Positions 27,101-40,427 of a DNA stretch of 64,000 bases are shown one piece after another. Numbering within the stretch: the stretch's first letter is position 1; each line of letters opens with the position of its first letter. The notes below the pieces were generated by a model. The model made no database searches. It was given only the letters and a program-made list of their open reading frames with translations, and was not told where the DNA came from. The translations under genes were made by a program, and so were the position numbers. The stretch is from the human T2T-CHM13v2.0 reference genome, Homo sapiens: assembly GCF_009914755.1 (NCBI RefSeq), contig NC_060940.1. The stretch is one strand, 5' to 3'.

Positions 27101-30100
27101 GATTTCAAGCGCTTTGAGGCCAAAAGCAGAAAAGGAAATATTTTCCTATAAAAACTCGACAGAATCTTTCTCAGAAACTGCTCTGGGATGTGTGCGTTCA
27201 ACTCACAGAGTTTAACTTTTCTTTTCATTCAGCAGTTTGGAAACACTCTGTTTGGAAAGTCTGCACGTGGATATTTTGACCTCTTTGAGGCCTTCGTTGG
27301 AAACGGGTTTTTTTCATGTAAGGCTAGACAGAAGAAATCTCAGTAACTTCCTTGTGTTGTGTGTATTCAACTGACAGAGTTGAACCTTCCTTTAGACAGA
27401 GCAGATTCGAAACACTCTTTTTCTGCAATTTGCAAGTGGAGACTTCAAGCGCTTTGAGGCCAAAGGCAGAAAAGGAAATATCTTCGTATAAAAACCCGAC
27501 AGAATCATTCTCAGAAACTGCTCTGTGATGTGTGCGTTCAACTCACAGAGTTTAACTTTTCTTTTCATTCAGCAGTTTGGAAACACTCTGTTTGTAAAGT
27601 CTGCAAGTGGATATCTTGGCCTCTTAGAGGCCTTCATTGGAAACGGGTTTTTTCATTTAAGGTTAGACAGAGGAATTCCCAGTAACTTCCTTGTGTTGTG
27701 TGCATTCAACTCACAGAGTTGAATGATTCTTTACACAGAGCAGATTTGAGACACTCTTTTGGTGGAATTTGTAAGTGGAGAATTCAGCCGCTTTGATGTC
27801 AACGGTAGAAAAGGAAATATCTTCGTATAAAAACTAGACAGAATGATTCTCAGAAACTGTTTTGTGATGTGTGCTTTCAACTCACAGAGTTTAACCTTTC
27901 TTTTCAAAGAGCAGTTAGGAAACACTCTGTTTGTAAAGTCTGCAAGTGGATATTCAGACCTCTTTGAGGCCTTCGTTGGAAACGGGATTTCTTCATATTA
28001 TGCTAGACAGATGAATTCTCAGTAACTTCCTTGTGTTGTGTGTATTCAACTCACAGAGTTGAACGATCCTTTACACAGAGCAGATTTGAAACACTGTTTT
28101 TCTGGAATTTGCAAGTGGAGATTTCAGCCGCTTTGAGGTCAATGGTAGAAAAGGAAATATCTTCGTATAAAAACTAGACAGAATGATTCTCAGAAACTCC
28201 TTTGTGATGTGTGCGTTCAACTCACAGAGTTTAACCTTTCTTTTCACAGAGCAGTTAGGAAACACTCTGTTTGTGAAGCCTGCCAGTGGATATTCGGACC
28301 TCTTTGAGGCCTTCGTTGGAAACGGGATTTCTTCATATTATGCTAGACAGAAGATTTCTCAGTAACTTCTTTGTGTTGTGTGTATGCAACTCACAGAGTT
28401 CAACCTTCCTTTAGACAGAGCAGATTTGAAACACTCTTTTTGTGGAATTTGCAAGTGGAGATTTCAAGCGCTTCGATGCCAATGGTAGAAAAGGAAATAT
28501 CTTCGTATAAAAACAAGACAAACTCGTTCCCAGACACTGCGTAGTGATGTGTGTGTTTAACTCACAGAGTTTCACCTTTCTTTTCATACAGCATTCTGGA
28601 AACCCTGTGTTTGTAAAGTCTGCAAGTGGATATTTGGACCTCTTAGATGCCTTCGTTGGAAACGGGATTTCTTCATATAATGCTAGAGGGAAGAATTCTT
28701 AGTAACTTCTTTGTGTTGTGTGTATTCAACTGACAGAGTTGAACCTTCCTTTAGACAGAGCAGATTTGAAAGTCTCTTTTTGTGGAATTTGCAAGTGGAG
28801 ATTTCAAGCGCTTTGAGGCCAAAAGCAGAAAAGGAAATATTTTCCTATAAAAACTCGACAGAATCTTTCTCAGAAACTGCTCTGGGATGTGTGCGTTCAA
28901 CTCACAGAGTTTAACTTTTCTTTTCATTCAGCAGTTTGGAAACACTCTGTTTGGAAAGTCTGCACGTGGATATTTTGACCTCTTTGAGGCCTTCGTTGGA
29001 AACGGGTTTTTTTCATGTAAGGCTAGACAGAAGAAATCTCAGTAACTTCCTTGTGTTGTGTGTATTCAACTGACAGAGTTGAACCTTCCTTTAGACAGAG
29101 CAGATTCGAAACACTCTTTTTCTGCAATTTGCAAGTGGAGACTTCAAGCGCTTTGAGGCCAAAGGCAGAAAAGGAAATATCTTCGTATAAAAACCCGACA
29201 GAATCATTCTCAGAAACTGCTCTGTGATGTGTGCGTTCAACTCACAGAGTTTAACTTTTCTTTTCATTCAGCAGTTTGGAAACACTCTGTTTGTAAAGTC
29301 TGCAAGTGGATATCTTGGCCTCTTAGAGGCCTTCGTTGGAAACGGGTTTTTTCATGTAAGGTTAGACAGAGGAATTCCCAGTAACTTCCTTGTGTTGTGT
29401 GCATTCAACTCACAGAGTTGAATGATTCTTTACACAGAGCAGATTTGAGACACTCTTTTGGTGGAATTTGTAAGTGGAGAATTCAGCTGCTTTGAGGTCA
29501 ACGGTAGAAAAGGAAATATCTTCGTATAAAAACTAGACAGAATGATTCTCAGAAACTGTTTTGTGATGTGTGCGTTCAACTCACAGAGTTTAACCTTTCT
29601 TTTCAAAGAGCAGTTAGGAAACACTCTGTTTGTAAAGTCTGCAAGTGGATATTCAGACCTCTTTGAGGCCTTCGTTGGAAACGGGATTTCTTCATATTAT
29701 GCTAGACAGATGAATTCTCAGTAACTTCCTTGTGTTGTGTGTATTCAACTCACAGAGTTGAACGATCCTTTACACAGAGCAGATTTGAAACACTGTTTTT
29801 CTGGAATTTGCAAGTGGAGATTTCAGCCGCTTTGAGGTCAATGGTAGAAAAGGAAATATCTTCGTATAAAAACTAGACAGAATGATTCTCAGAAACTCCT
29901 TTGTGATGTGTGCGTTCAACTCACAGAGTTTAACCTTTCTTTTCACAGAGCAGTTAGGAAACACTCTGTTTGTGAAGCCTGCCAGTGGATATTCGGACCT
30001 CTTTGAGGCCTTCGTTGGAAACGGGATTTCTTCATATTATGCTAGACAGAAGATTTCTCAGTAACTTCTTTGTGTTGTGTGTATGCAACTCACAGAGTTC

Positions 30101-33100
30101 AACCTTCCTTTAGACAGAGCAGATTTGAAACACTCTTTTTGTGGAATTTGCAAGTGGAGATTTCAAGCGCTTCGATGCCAATGGTAGAAAAGGAAATATC
30201 TTCGTATAAAAACAAGACAAACTCGTTCCCAGACACTGCGTAGTGATGTGTGTGTTTAACTCACAGAGTTTCACCTTTCTTTTCATACAGCATTCTGGAA
30301 ACCCTGTGTTTGTAAAGTCTGCAAGTGGATATTTGGACCTCTTAGATGCCTTCGTTGGAAACGGGATTTCTTCATATAATGCTAGAGGGAAGAATTCTTA
30401 GTAACTTCTTTGTGTTGTGTGTATTCAACTGACAGAGTTGAACCTTCCTTTAGACAGAGCAGATTTGAAAGTCTCTTTTTGTGGAATTTGCAAGTGGAGA
30501 TTTCAAGCGCTTTGAGGCCAAAAGCAGAAAAGGAAATATTTTCCTATAAAAACTCGACAGAATCTTTCTCAGAAACTGCTCTGGGATGTGTACGTTCAAC
30601 TCACAGAGTTTAACTTTTCTTTTCATTCAGCAGTTTGGAAACACTCTGTTTGGAAAGTCTGCACGTGGATATTTTGACCTCTTTGAGGCCTTCGTTGGAA
30701 ACGGGTTTTTTTCATGTAAGGCTAGACAGAAGAAATCTCAGTAACTTCCTTGTGTTGTGTGTATTCAACTGACAGAGTTGAACCTTCCTTTAGACAGAGC
30801 AGATTCGAAACACTCTTTTTCTGCAATTTGCAAGTGGAGACTTCAAGCGCTTTGAGGCCAAAGGCAGAAAAGGAAATATCTTCGTATAAAAACCCGACAG
30901 AATCATTCTCAGAAACTGCTCTGTGATGTGTGCGTTCAACTCACAGAGTTTAACTTTTCTTTTCATTCAGCAGTTTGGAAACACTCTGTTTGTAAAGTCT
31001 GCAAGTGGATATCTTGGCCTCTTAGAGGCCTTCGTTGGAAACGGGTTTTTTCATGTAAGGTTAGACAGAGGAATTCCCAGTAACTTCCTTGTGTTGTGTG
31101 CATTCAACTCACAGAGTTGAATGATTCTTTACACAGAGCAGATTTGAGACACTCTTTTGGTGGAATTTGTAAGTGGAGAATTCAGCTGCTTTGAGGTCAA
31201 CGGTAGAAAAGGAAATATCTTCGTATAAAAACTAGACAGAATGATTCTCAGAAACTGTTTTGTGATGTGTGCGTTGAACTCACAGAGTTTAACCTTTCTT
31301 TTCAAAGAGCAGTGAGGAAACACTCTGTTTGTAAAGTCTGCAAGTGGATATTCAGACCTCTTTGAGGCCTTCGTTGGAAACGGGATTTCTTCATATTATG
31401 CTAGACAGATGAATTCTCAGTAACTTCCTTGTGTTGTGTGTATTCAACTCACAGAGTTGAACGATCCTTTACACAGAGCAGATTTGAAACACTGTTTTTC
31501 TGGAATTTGCAAGTGGAGATTTCAGCCGCTTTGAGGTCAATGGTAGAAAAGGAAATATCTTCGTATAAAAACTAGACAGAATGATTCTCAGAAACTCCTT
31601 TGTGATGTGTGCGTTCAACTCACAGAGTTTAACCTTTCTTTTCACAGAGCAGTTAGGAAACACTCTGTTTGTGAAGCCTGCCAGTGGATATTCGGACCTC
31701 TTTGAGGCCTTCGTTGGAAACGGGATTTCTTCATATTATGCTAGACAAAAGATTTCTCAGTAACTTCTTTGTGTTGTGTATATGCAACTCACAGAGTTCA
31801 ACCTTCCTTTAGACAGAGCAGATTTGAAACACTCTTTTTGTGGAATTTGCAAGTGGAGATTTCAAGCGCTTCGATGCCAATGGTAGAAAAGGAAATATCT
31901 TCGTATAAAAACAAGACAAACTCGTTCCCAGACACTGCGTAGTGATGTGTGTGTTTAACTCACAGAGTTTCACCTTTCTTTTCATACAGCATTCTGGAAA
32001 CCCTGTGTTTGTAAAGTCTGCAAGTGGATATTTGGACCTCTTAGATGCCTTCGTTGGAAACGGGATTTCTTCATATAATGCTAGAGGGAAGAATTCTTAG
32101 TAACTTCTTTGTGTTGTGTGTATTCAACTGACAGAGTTGAACCTTCCTTTAGACAGAGCAGATTTGAAAGTCTCTTTTTGTGGAATTTGCAAGTGGAGAT
32201 TTCAAGCGCTTTGAGGCCAAAAGCAGAAAAGGAAATATTTTCCTATAAAAACTCGACAGAATCTTTCTCAGAAACTGCTCTGGGATGTGTGCGTTCAACT
32301 CACAGAGTTTAACTTTTCTTTTCATTCAGCAGTTTGGAAACACTCTGTTTGGAAAGTCTGCACGTGGATATTTTGACCTCTTTGAGGCCTTCGTTGGAAA
32401 CGGGTTTTTTTCATGTAAGGCTAGACAGAAGAAATCTCAGTAACTTCCTTGTGTTGTGTGTATTCAACTGACAGAGTTGAACCTTCCTTTAGACAGAGCA
32501 GATTCGAAACACTCTTTTTCTGCAATTTGCAAGTGGAGACTTCAAGCGCTTTGAGGCCAAAGGCAGAAAAGGAAATATCTTCGTATAAAAACCCGACAGA
32601 ATCATTCTCAGAAACTGCTCTGTGATGTGTGCGTTCAACTCACAGAGTTTAACTTTTCTTTTCATTCAGCAGTTTGGAAACACTCTGTTTGTAAAGTCTG
32701 CAAGTGGATATCTTGGCCTCTTAGAGGCCTTCGTTGGAAACGGGTTTTTTCATGTAAGGTTAGACAGAGGAATTCCCAGTAACTTCCTTGTGTTGTGTGC
32801 ATTCAACTCACAGAGTTGAATGATTCTTTACACAGAGCAGATTTGAGACACTCTTTTGGTGGAATTTGTAAGTGGAGAATTCAGCTGCTTTGAGGTCAAC
32901 GGTAGAAAAGGAAATATCTTCGTATAAAAACTAGACAGAATGATTCTCAGAAACTGTTTTGTGATGTGTGCGTTCAACTCACAGAGTTTAACCTTTCTTT
33001 TCAAAGAGCAGTTAGGAAACACTCTGTTTGTAAAGTCTGCAAGTGGATATTCAGACCTCTTTGAGGCCTTCGTTGAAACGGGATTTCTTCATATTATGCT

Positions 33101-36017
33101 AGACAGATGAATTCTCAGTAACTTCCTTGTGTTGTGTGTATTCAACTCACAGAGTTGAACGATCCTTTACACAGAGCAGATTTGAAACACTGTTTTTCTG
33201 GAATTTGCAAGTGGAGATTTCAGCCGCTTTGAGGTCAATGGTAGAAAAGGAAATATCTTCGTATAAAAACTAGACAGAATGATTCTCAGAAACTCCTTTG
33301 TGATGTGTGCGTTCAACTCACAGAGTTTAACCTTTCTTTTCACAGAGCAGTTAGGAAACACTCTGTTTGTGAAGCCTGCCAGTGGATATTCGGACCTCTT
33401 TGAGGCCTTCGTTGGAAACGGGATTTCTTCATATTATGCTAGACAAAAGATTTCTCAGTAACTTCTTTGTGTTGTGTATATGCAACTCACAGAGTTCAAC
33501 CTTCCTTTAGACAGAGCAGATTTGAAACACTCTTTTTGTGGAATTTGCAAGTGGAGATTTCAAGCGCTTCGATGCCAATGGTAGAAAAGGAAATATCTTC
33601 GTATAAAAACAAGACAAACTCGTTCCCAGACACTGCGTAGTGATGTGTGTGTTTAACTCACAGAGTTTCACCTTTCTTTTCATACAGCATTCTGGAAACC
33701 CTGTGTTTGTAAAGTCTGCAAGTGGATATTTGGACCTCTTAGATGCCTTCGTTGGAAACGGGATTTCTTCATATAATGCTAGAGGGAAGAATTCTTAGTA
33801 ACTTCTTTGTGTTGTGTGTATTCAACTGACAGAGTTGAACCTTCCTTTAGACAGAGCAGATTTGAAAGTCTCTTTTTGTGGAATTTGCAAGTGGAGATTT
33901 CAAGCGCTTTGAGGCCAAAAGCAGAAAAGGAAATATTTTCCTATAAAAACTCGACAGAATCTTTCTCAGAAACTGCTCTGGGATGTGTGCGTTCAACTCA
34001 CAGAGTTTAACTTTTCTTTTCATTCAGCAGTTTGGAAACACTCTGTTTGGAAAGTCTGCACGTGGATATTTTGACCTCTTTGAGGCCTTCGTTGGAAACG
34101 GGTTTTTTTCATGTAAGGCTAGACAGAAGAAATCTCAGTAACTTCCTTGTGTTGTGTGTATTCAACTGACAGAGTTGAACCTTCCTTTAGACAGAGCAGA
34201 TTCGAAACACTCTTTTTCTGCAATTTGCAAGTGGAGACTTCAAGCGCTTTGAGGCCAAAGGCAGAAAAGGAAATATCTTCGTATAAAAACCCGACAGAAT
34301 CATTCTCAGAAACTGCTCTGTGATGTGTGCGTTCAACTCACAGAGTTTAACTTTTCTTTTCATTCAGCAGTTTGGAAACACTCTGTTTGTAAAGTCTGCA
34401 AGTGGATATCTTGGCCTCTTAGAGGCCTTCGTTGGAAACGCGTTTTTTCATGTAAGGTTAGACAGAGGAATTCCCAGTAACTTCCTTGTGTTGTGTGCAT
34501 TCAACTCACAGAGTTGAATGATTCTTTACACAGAGCAGATTTGAGACACACTTTTGGTGGAATTTGTAAGTGGAGAATTCAGCCGCTTTGAGGTCAACGG
34601 TAGAAAAGGAAATATCTTCGTATAAAAACTAGAAAGAATGATTCTCAGAAACTGTTTTGTGATGTGTGCGTTCAACTCACAGAGTTTAACCTTTCTTTTC
34701 AAAGAGCAGTTAGGAAACACTCTGTTGTAAAGTCTACAAGTGGATATTCAGACCTCTTTGAAGCCTTCGTTGGAAACGGGATTTCATCATATTATGCTAG
34801 ACAGATGAATTCTCAGTAACTTCCTTGTGTTGTGTGTATTCAACTCACAGAGTTGAACGATCCTTTACACAGAGCAGATTTGAAACACTGTTTTTCTGGA
34901 ATTTGCAAGTGGAGATTTCAGCCGCTTTGAGGTCAATGGTAGAAAAGGAAATATCTTCGTATAAAAACTGGACAGAATGATTCTCAGAAACTCCTTTGTG
35001 ATGTGTGCGTTCAACTCACAGAGTTTAACCTTTCTTTTCACAGAGCAGTTAGGAAACACTCTGTTTGTGAAGCCTGCCAGTGGATATTCGGACCTCTTTG
35101 AGGCCTTCGTTGGAAACGGGATTTCTTCATATTTTGCTAGACAGAAGATTTCTCAGTAACTTCTTTGTGTTGTGTGTATGCAACTCACAGAGTTCAACCT
35201 TCCTTTAGACAGAGCAGATTTGAAACACTCTTTTTGTGGAATTTGCAAGTGGAGATTTCAAGCGCTTCGATGCCAATGGTAGAAAAGGAAATATCTTCGT
35301 ATAAAAACAAGACAAACTCGTTCCCAGACACTGCGTAGTGATGTGTGTGTTTAACTCACAGAGTTTAACCTTTCTTCTCATACAGCATTCTGGAAACCCT
35401 CTGTTTGTAAAGTCTGCAAGTGGATATTTGGACCTCTTAGATGCCTTCGTTGGAAACGGGATTTCCTCATATAATGCTAGAGGGAAGAATTCTTAGTAAC
35501 TTCTTTGTGTTGTGTGTATTCAACTGACAGAGTTGAACCTTCCTTTAGACAGAGCAGATTTGAAAGTCTCTTTTTGTGGAATTTGCAAGTGGAGATTTCA
35601 AGCGCTTTGAGGCCAAAAGCAGAAAAGGAAATATTTTCCTATAAAAACTCGACACAATCTTTCTCAGAAACTGCTCTGGGATGTGTGCGTTCAACTCACA
35701 GAGTTTAACTTTTCTTTTCATTCAGCAGTTTGGAAACACTCTGTTTGGAAAGTCTGCACGTGGATATTTTGACCTCTTTGAGGCCTTCGTTGGAAACGGG
35801 TTTTTTTCATGTAAGGCTAGACAGAAGAAATCTCAGTAACTTCCTTGTGTTGTGTGTATTCAACTGACAGAGTTGAACCTTCCTTTAGACAGAGCAGATT
35901 CGAAACGCTCTTTTTCTGCAATTTGCAAGTGGAGACTTCAAGCGCTTTGAGGCCAAAGGCAGAAAAGGAAATATCTTCGTATAAAAACCCGACAGAATCA
36001 TTCTCAGAAACTGCTCT
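24129..36017 (+). repeat. Run of seven 10-mer HORs
   Basis: Anchors at 24129, 25826, 27525, 29224, 30923, 32622, 34320 and 36018. Confidence 0.9.
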
Positions 36018-37031
36018 GTGATGTGTGCGTTCAACTCACAGAGTTTAACTTTTCTTTTCATTCAGCAGTTTGGAAACACTCTGTTTGTAAAGTCTGCAAG
36101 TGGATATCTTGGCCTCTTAGAGGCCTTCGTTGGAAACGGGTTTTTTCATGTAAGGTTAGACAGAGGAATTCCCAGTAACTTCCTTGTGTTGTGTGCATTC
36201 AACTCACAGAGTTGAATGATTCTTTACACAGAGCAGATTTGAGACACTCTTTGGGTGGAATTTGTAAGTGGAGAATTCAGCCGCTTTGAGGTCAACGGTA
36301 GAAAAGGAAATATCTTCGTATAAAAACTAGACAGAATGATTCTCAGAAACTGTTTTGTGATGTGTGCGTTCAACTCACAGAGTTTAACCTTTCTTTTCAA
36401 AGAGCAGTTAGGAAACACTCTGTAAAGTCTGCAAGTGGATATTCAGACCTCTTTGAGGCCTTCGTTGGAAACGGGATTTCTTCATATAATGCTAGAGGGA
36501 AGAATTCTTAGTAACTTCTTTGTGTTGTGTGTATTCAACTGACAGAGTTGAACCTTCCTTTAGACAGAGCAGATTTGAAAGTCTCTTTTTGGGGAATTTG
36601 CAAGTGGAGATTTCAAGCACTTTGAGGCCAAAAGCAGAAAAGGAAATATTTTCCTATAAAAACTAGAGAGAATCATTCTCAGAAACTGCTCTGTGATGTG
36701 TGTGTTCAACTCACAGAGTTTAACTTTCTTTTCATTCAGCAGTTTGGAAACACTCTGTTTGGAAAGTCTGCACGTGGATATTTTGACCTCTTTGAGGCCT
36801 TCGTTGGAAACGGGTTTTTTTCATGTAAGGCTAGACAGAAGAAATCTCAGTAACTTCCTTGTGTTGTGTGTATTCAACTGACAGAGTTGAACCTTCCTTT
36901 AGACAGAGCAGATTCGAAACGCTCTTTTTCTGCAATTTGCAAGTGGAGACTTCAAGCGCTTTGAGGCCAAAGGCAGAAAAGGAAATATCTTCGTATAAAA
37001 ACCCGACAGAATCATTCTCAGAAACTGCTCT
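36018..37031 (+). repeat. 6-mer HOR variant (1014 bp)
   Basis: Same junction and 4-bp deletion as the other 6-mers. Confidence 0.9.
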
Positions 37032-40000
37032 GTGATGTGTGCGTTCAACTCACAGATTTTAACTTTTCTTTTCATTCAGCAGTTTGGAAACACTCTGTTT
37101 GTAAAGTCTGCAAGTGGATATCTTGGCCTCTTAGAGGCCTTCGTTGGAAACGCGTTTTTTCATGTAAGGTTAGACAGAGGAATTCCCAGTAACTTCCTTG
37201 TGTTGTGTGCATTCAACTCACAGAGTTGAATGATTCTTTACACAGAGCAGATTTGAGACACACTTTTGGTGGAATTTGTAAGTGGAGAATTCAGCCGCTT
37301 TGAGGTCAACGGTAGAAAAGGAAATATCTTCGTATAAAAACTAGAAAGAATGATTCTCAGAAACTGTTTTGTGATGTGTGCGTTCAACTCACAGAGTTTA
37401 ACCTTTCTTTTCAGAGAGCAGTTAGGAAACACTCTGTTTGTAAAGTCTGCAAGTGGATATTCAGACCTCTTTGAAGCCTTCGTTGGAAACGGGATTTCAT
37501 CATATTATGCTAGACAGATGAATTCTCAGTAACTTCCTTGTGTTGTGTGTATTCAACTCACAGAGTTGAACGATCCTTTACACAGAGCAGATTTGAAACA
37601 CTGTTTTTCTGGAATTTGCAAGTGGAGATTTCAGCCGCTTTGAGGTCAATGGTAGAAAAGGAAATATCTTCGTATAAAAACTGGACAGAATGATTCTCAG
37701 AAACTCCTTTGTGATGTGTGCGTTCAACTCACAGAGTTTAACCTTTCTTTTCACAGAGCAGTTAGGAAACACTCTGTTTGTGAAGCCTGCCAGTGGATAT
37801 TCGGACCTCTTTGAGGCCTTCGTTGGAAACGGGATTTCTTCATATTTTGCAAGACAGAAGATTTCTCAGTAACTTCTTTGTGTTGTGTGTATGCAACTCA
37901 CAGAGTTCAACCTTCCTTTAGACAGAGCAGATTTGAAACACTCTTTTTGTGGAATTTGCAAGTGGAAATTTCAAGCGCATCGATGCCAATGGTAGAAAAG
38001 GAAATATCTTCGTATAAAAACAAGACAAACTCGTTCCCAGACACTGCGTAGTGATGTGTGTGTTTAACTCACAGAGTTTAACCTTTCTTTTCATACAGCA
38101 TTCTGGAAACCCTGTGTTTGTAAAGTCTGCAAGTGGATATTTGGACCTCTTAGATGCCTTCGTTGGAAACGGGATTTCTTCATATAATGCTAGAGGGAAG
38201 AATTCTTAGTAACTTCTTTGTGTTGTGTGTATTCAACTGACAGAGTTGAACCTTCCTTTAGACAGAGCAGATTTGAAAGTCTCTTTTTGTGGAATTTGCA
38301 AGTGGAGATTTCAAGCGCTTTGAGGCCAAAAGCAGAAAAGGAAATATTTTCCTATAAAAACTCGACAGAATCATTCTCAGAAACTGCTCTGTGATGTGTG
38401 CGTTCAACTCACAGAGTTTAACTTTTCTTTTCATTCAGCAGTTTGGAAACACTGTTTGGAAAGTCTGCACGTGGATATTTTGACCTCTTTGAGGCCTTCG
38501 TTGGAAACGGGTTTTTTTCATGTAAGGCTAGACAGAAGAAATCTCAGTAACTTCCTTGTGTTGTGTGTATTCAACTGACAGAGTTGAACCTTCCTTTAGA
38601 CAGAGCAGATTCGAAACACTCTTTTTCTGCAATTTGCAAGTGGAGACTTCAAGCGCTTTGAGGCCAAAGGCAGAAAAGGAAATATCTTCGTATAAAAACC
38701 CGACAGAATCATTCTCAGAAACTGCTCTGTGATGTGTGCGTTCAACTCACAGAGTTTAACTTTTCTTTTCATTCAGCAGTTTGGAAACACTCTGTTTGTA
38801 AAGTCTGCAAGTGGATATCTTGGCCTCTTAGAGGCCTTCGTTGGAAACGGGTTTTTTCATGTAAGGATAGACAGAGGAATTCCCAGTAACTTCCTTGTGT
38901 TGTGTGCATTCAACTCACAGAGTTGAATGATTCTTTACACAGAGCAGATTTGAGACACTCTTTGGGTGGAATTTGTAAGTCGAGAATTCAGCCGCTTTGA
39001 GGTCAACGGTAGAAAAGGAAATATCTTCGTATAAAAACTAGACAGAATGATTCTCAGAAACTGTTTTGTGATGTGTGCGTTCAACTCACAGAGTTTTACC
39101 TTTCTTTTCAGAGAGCAGTTAGGAAACACTCTGTTTGTAAAGTCTGCAAGTGGATATTCAGACCTCTTTGAGGCCTTCGTTGGAAACGGGATTTCTTCAT
39201 ATTATGCTAGACAGATGAATTCTCAGTAACTTCCTTGTGTTGTGTGTATTCAACTCACAGAGTTGAACGATCCTTTACACAGAGCAGATTTGAAACACTG
39301 TTTTTCTGGAATTTGCAAGTGGAGATTTCAGCCGCTTTGAGGTCAATGGTAGAAAAGGAAATATCTTCGTATAAAAACTAGACAGAATGATTCTCAGAAA
39401 CTCCTTTGTGATGTGTGCGTTCAACTCACAGAGTTTAACCTTTCTTTTCACAGAGCAGTTAGGAAACACTCTGTTTGTGAAGCCTGCCAGTGGATATTCG
39501 GACCTCTTTGAGGCCTTCGTTGGAAACGGGATTTCTTCATATTATGCTAGACAGAAGATTTCTCAGTAACTACTTTGTGTTGTGTGTATGCAACTCACAG
39601 AGTTCAACCTTCCTTTAGACAGAGCAGATTTGAAACACTCTTTTTGTGGAATTTGCAAGTGGAGATTTCAAGCGCTTCGATGCCAATGGTAGAAAAGGAA
39701 ATATCTTCGTATAAAAACAAGACAAACTCGTTCCCAGACACTGCGTAGTGATGTGTGTGTTTAACTCACAGAGTTTCACCTTTCTTTTCATACAGCATTC
39801 TGGAAACCCTGTGTTTGTAAAGTCTGCAAGTGGATATTTGGACCTCTTAGATGCCTTCGTTGGAAACGGGATTTCTTCATATAATGCTAGAGGGAAGAAT
39901 TCTTAGTAACTTCTTTGTGTTGTGTGTATTCAACTGACAGAGTTGAACCTTCCTTTAGACAGAGCAGATTTGAAAGTCTCTTTTTGTGGAATTTGCAAGT

Positions 40001-40427
40001 GGAGATTTCAAGCGCTTTGAGGCCAAAAGCAGAAAAGGAAATATTTTCCTATAAAAACTCGACAGAATCTTTCTCAGAAACTGCTCTGGGATGTGTGCGT
40101 TCAACTCACAGAGTTTAACTTTTCTTTCCATTCAGCACTTTGGAAACACTCTGTTTGGAAAGTCTGCACGTGGATATTTTGACCTCTTTGAGGCCTTCGT
40201 TGGAAACGGGTTTTTTTCATGTAAGGCTAGACAGAAGAAATCTCAGTAACTTCCTTGTGTTGTGTGTATTCAACTGACAGAGTTGAACCTTCCTTTAGAC
40301 AGAGCAGATTCGAAACACTCTTTTTCTGCAATTTGCAAGTGGAGACTTCAAGCGCTTTGAGGCCAAAGGCAGAAAAGGAAATATCTTCGTATAAAAACCC
40401 GACAGAATCATTCTCAGAAACTGCTCT
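37032..40427 (+). repeat. Two 10-mer HORs
   Basis: Anchors at 37032, 38729 and 40428. Confidence 0.9.
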
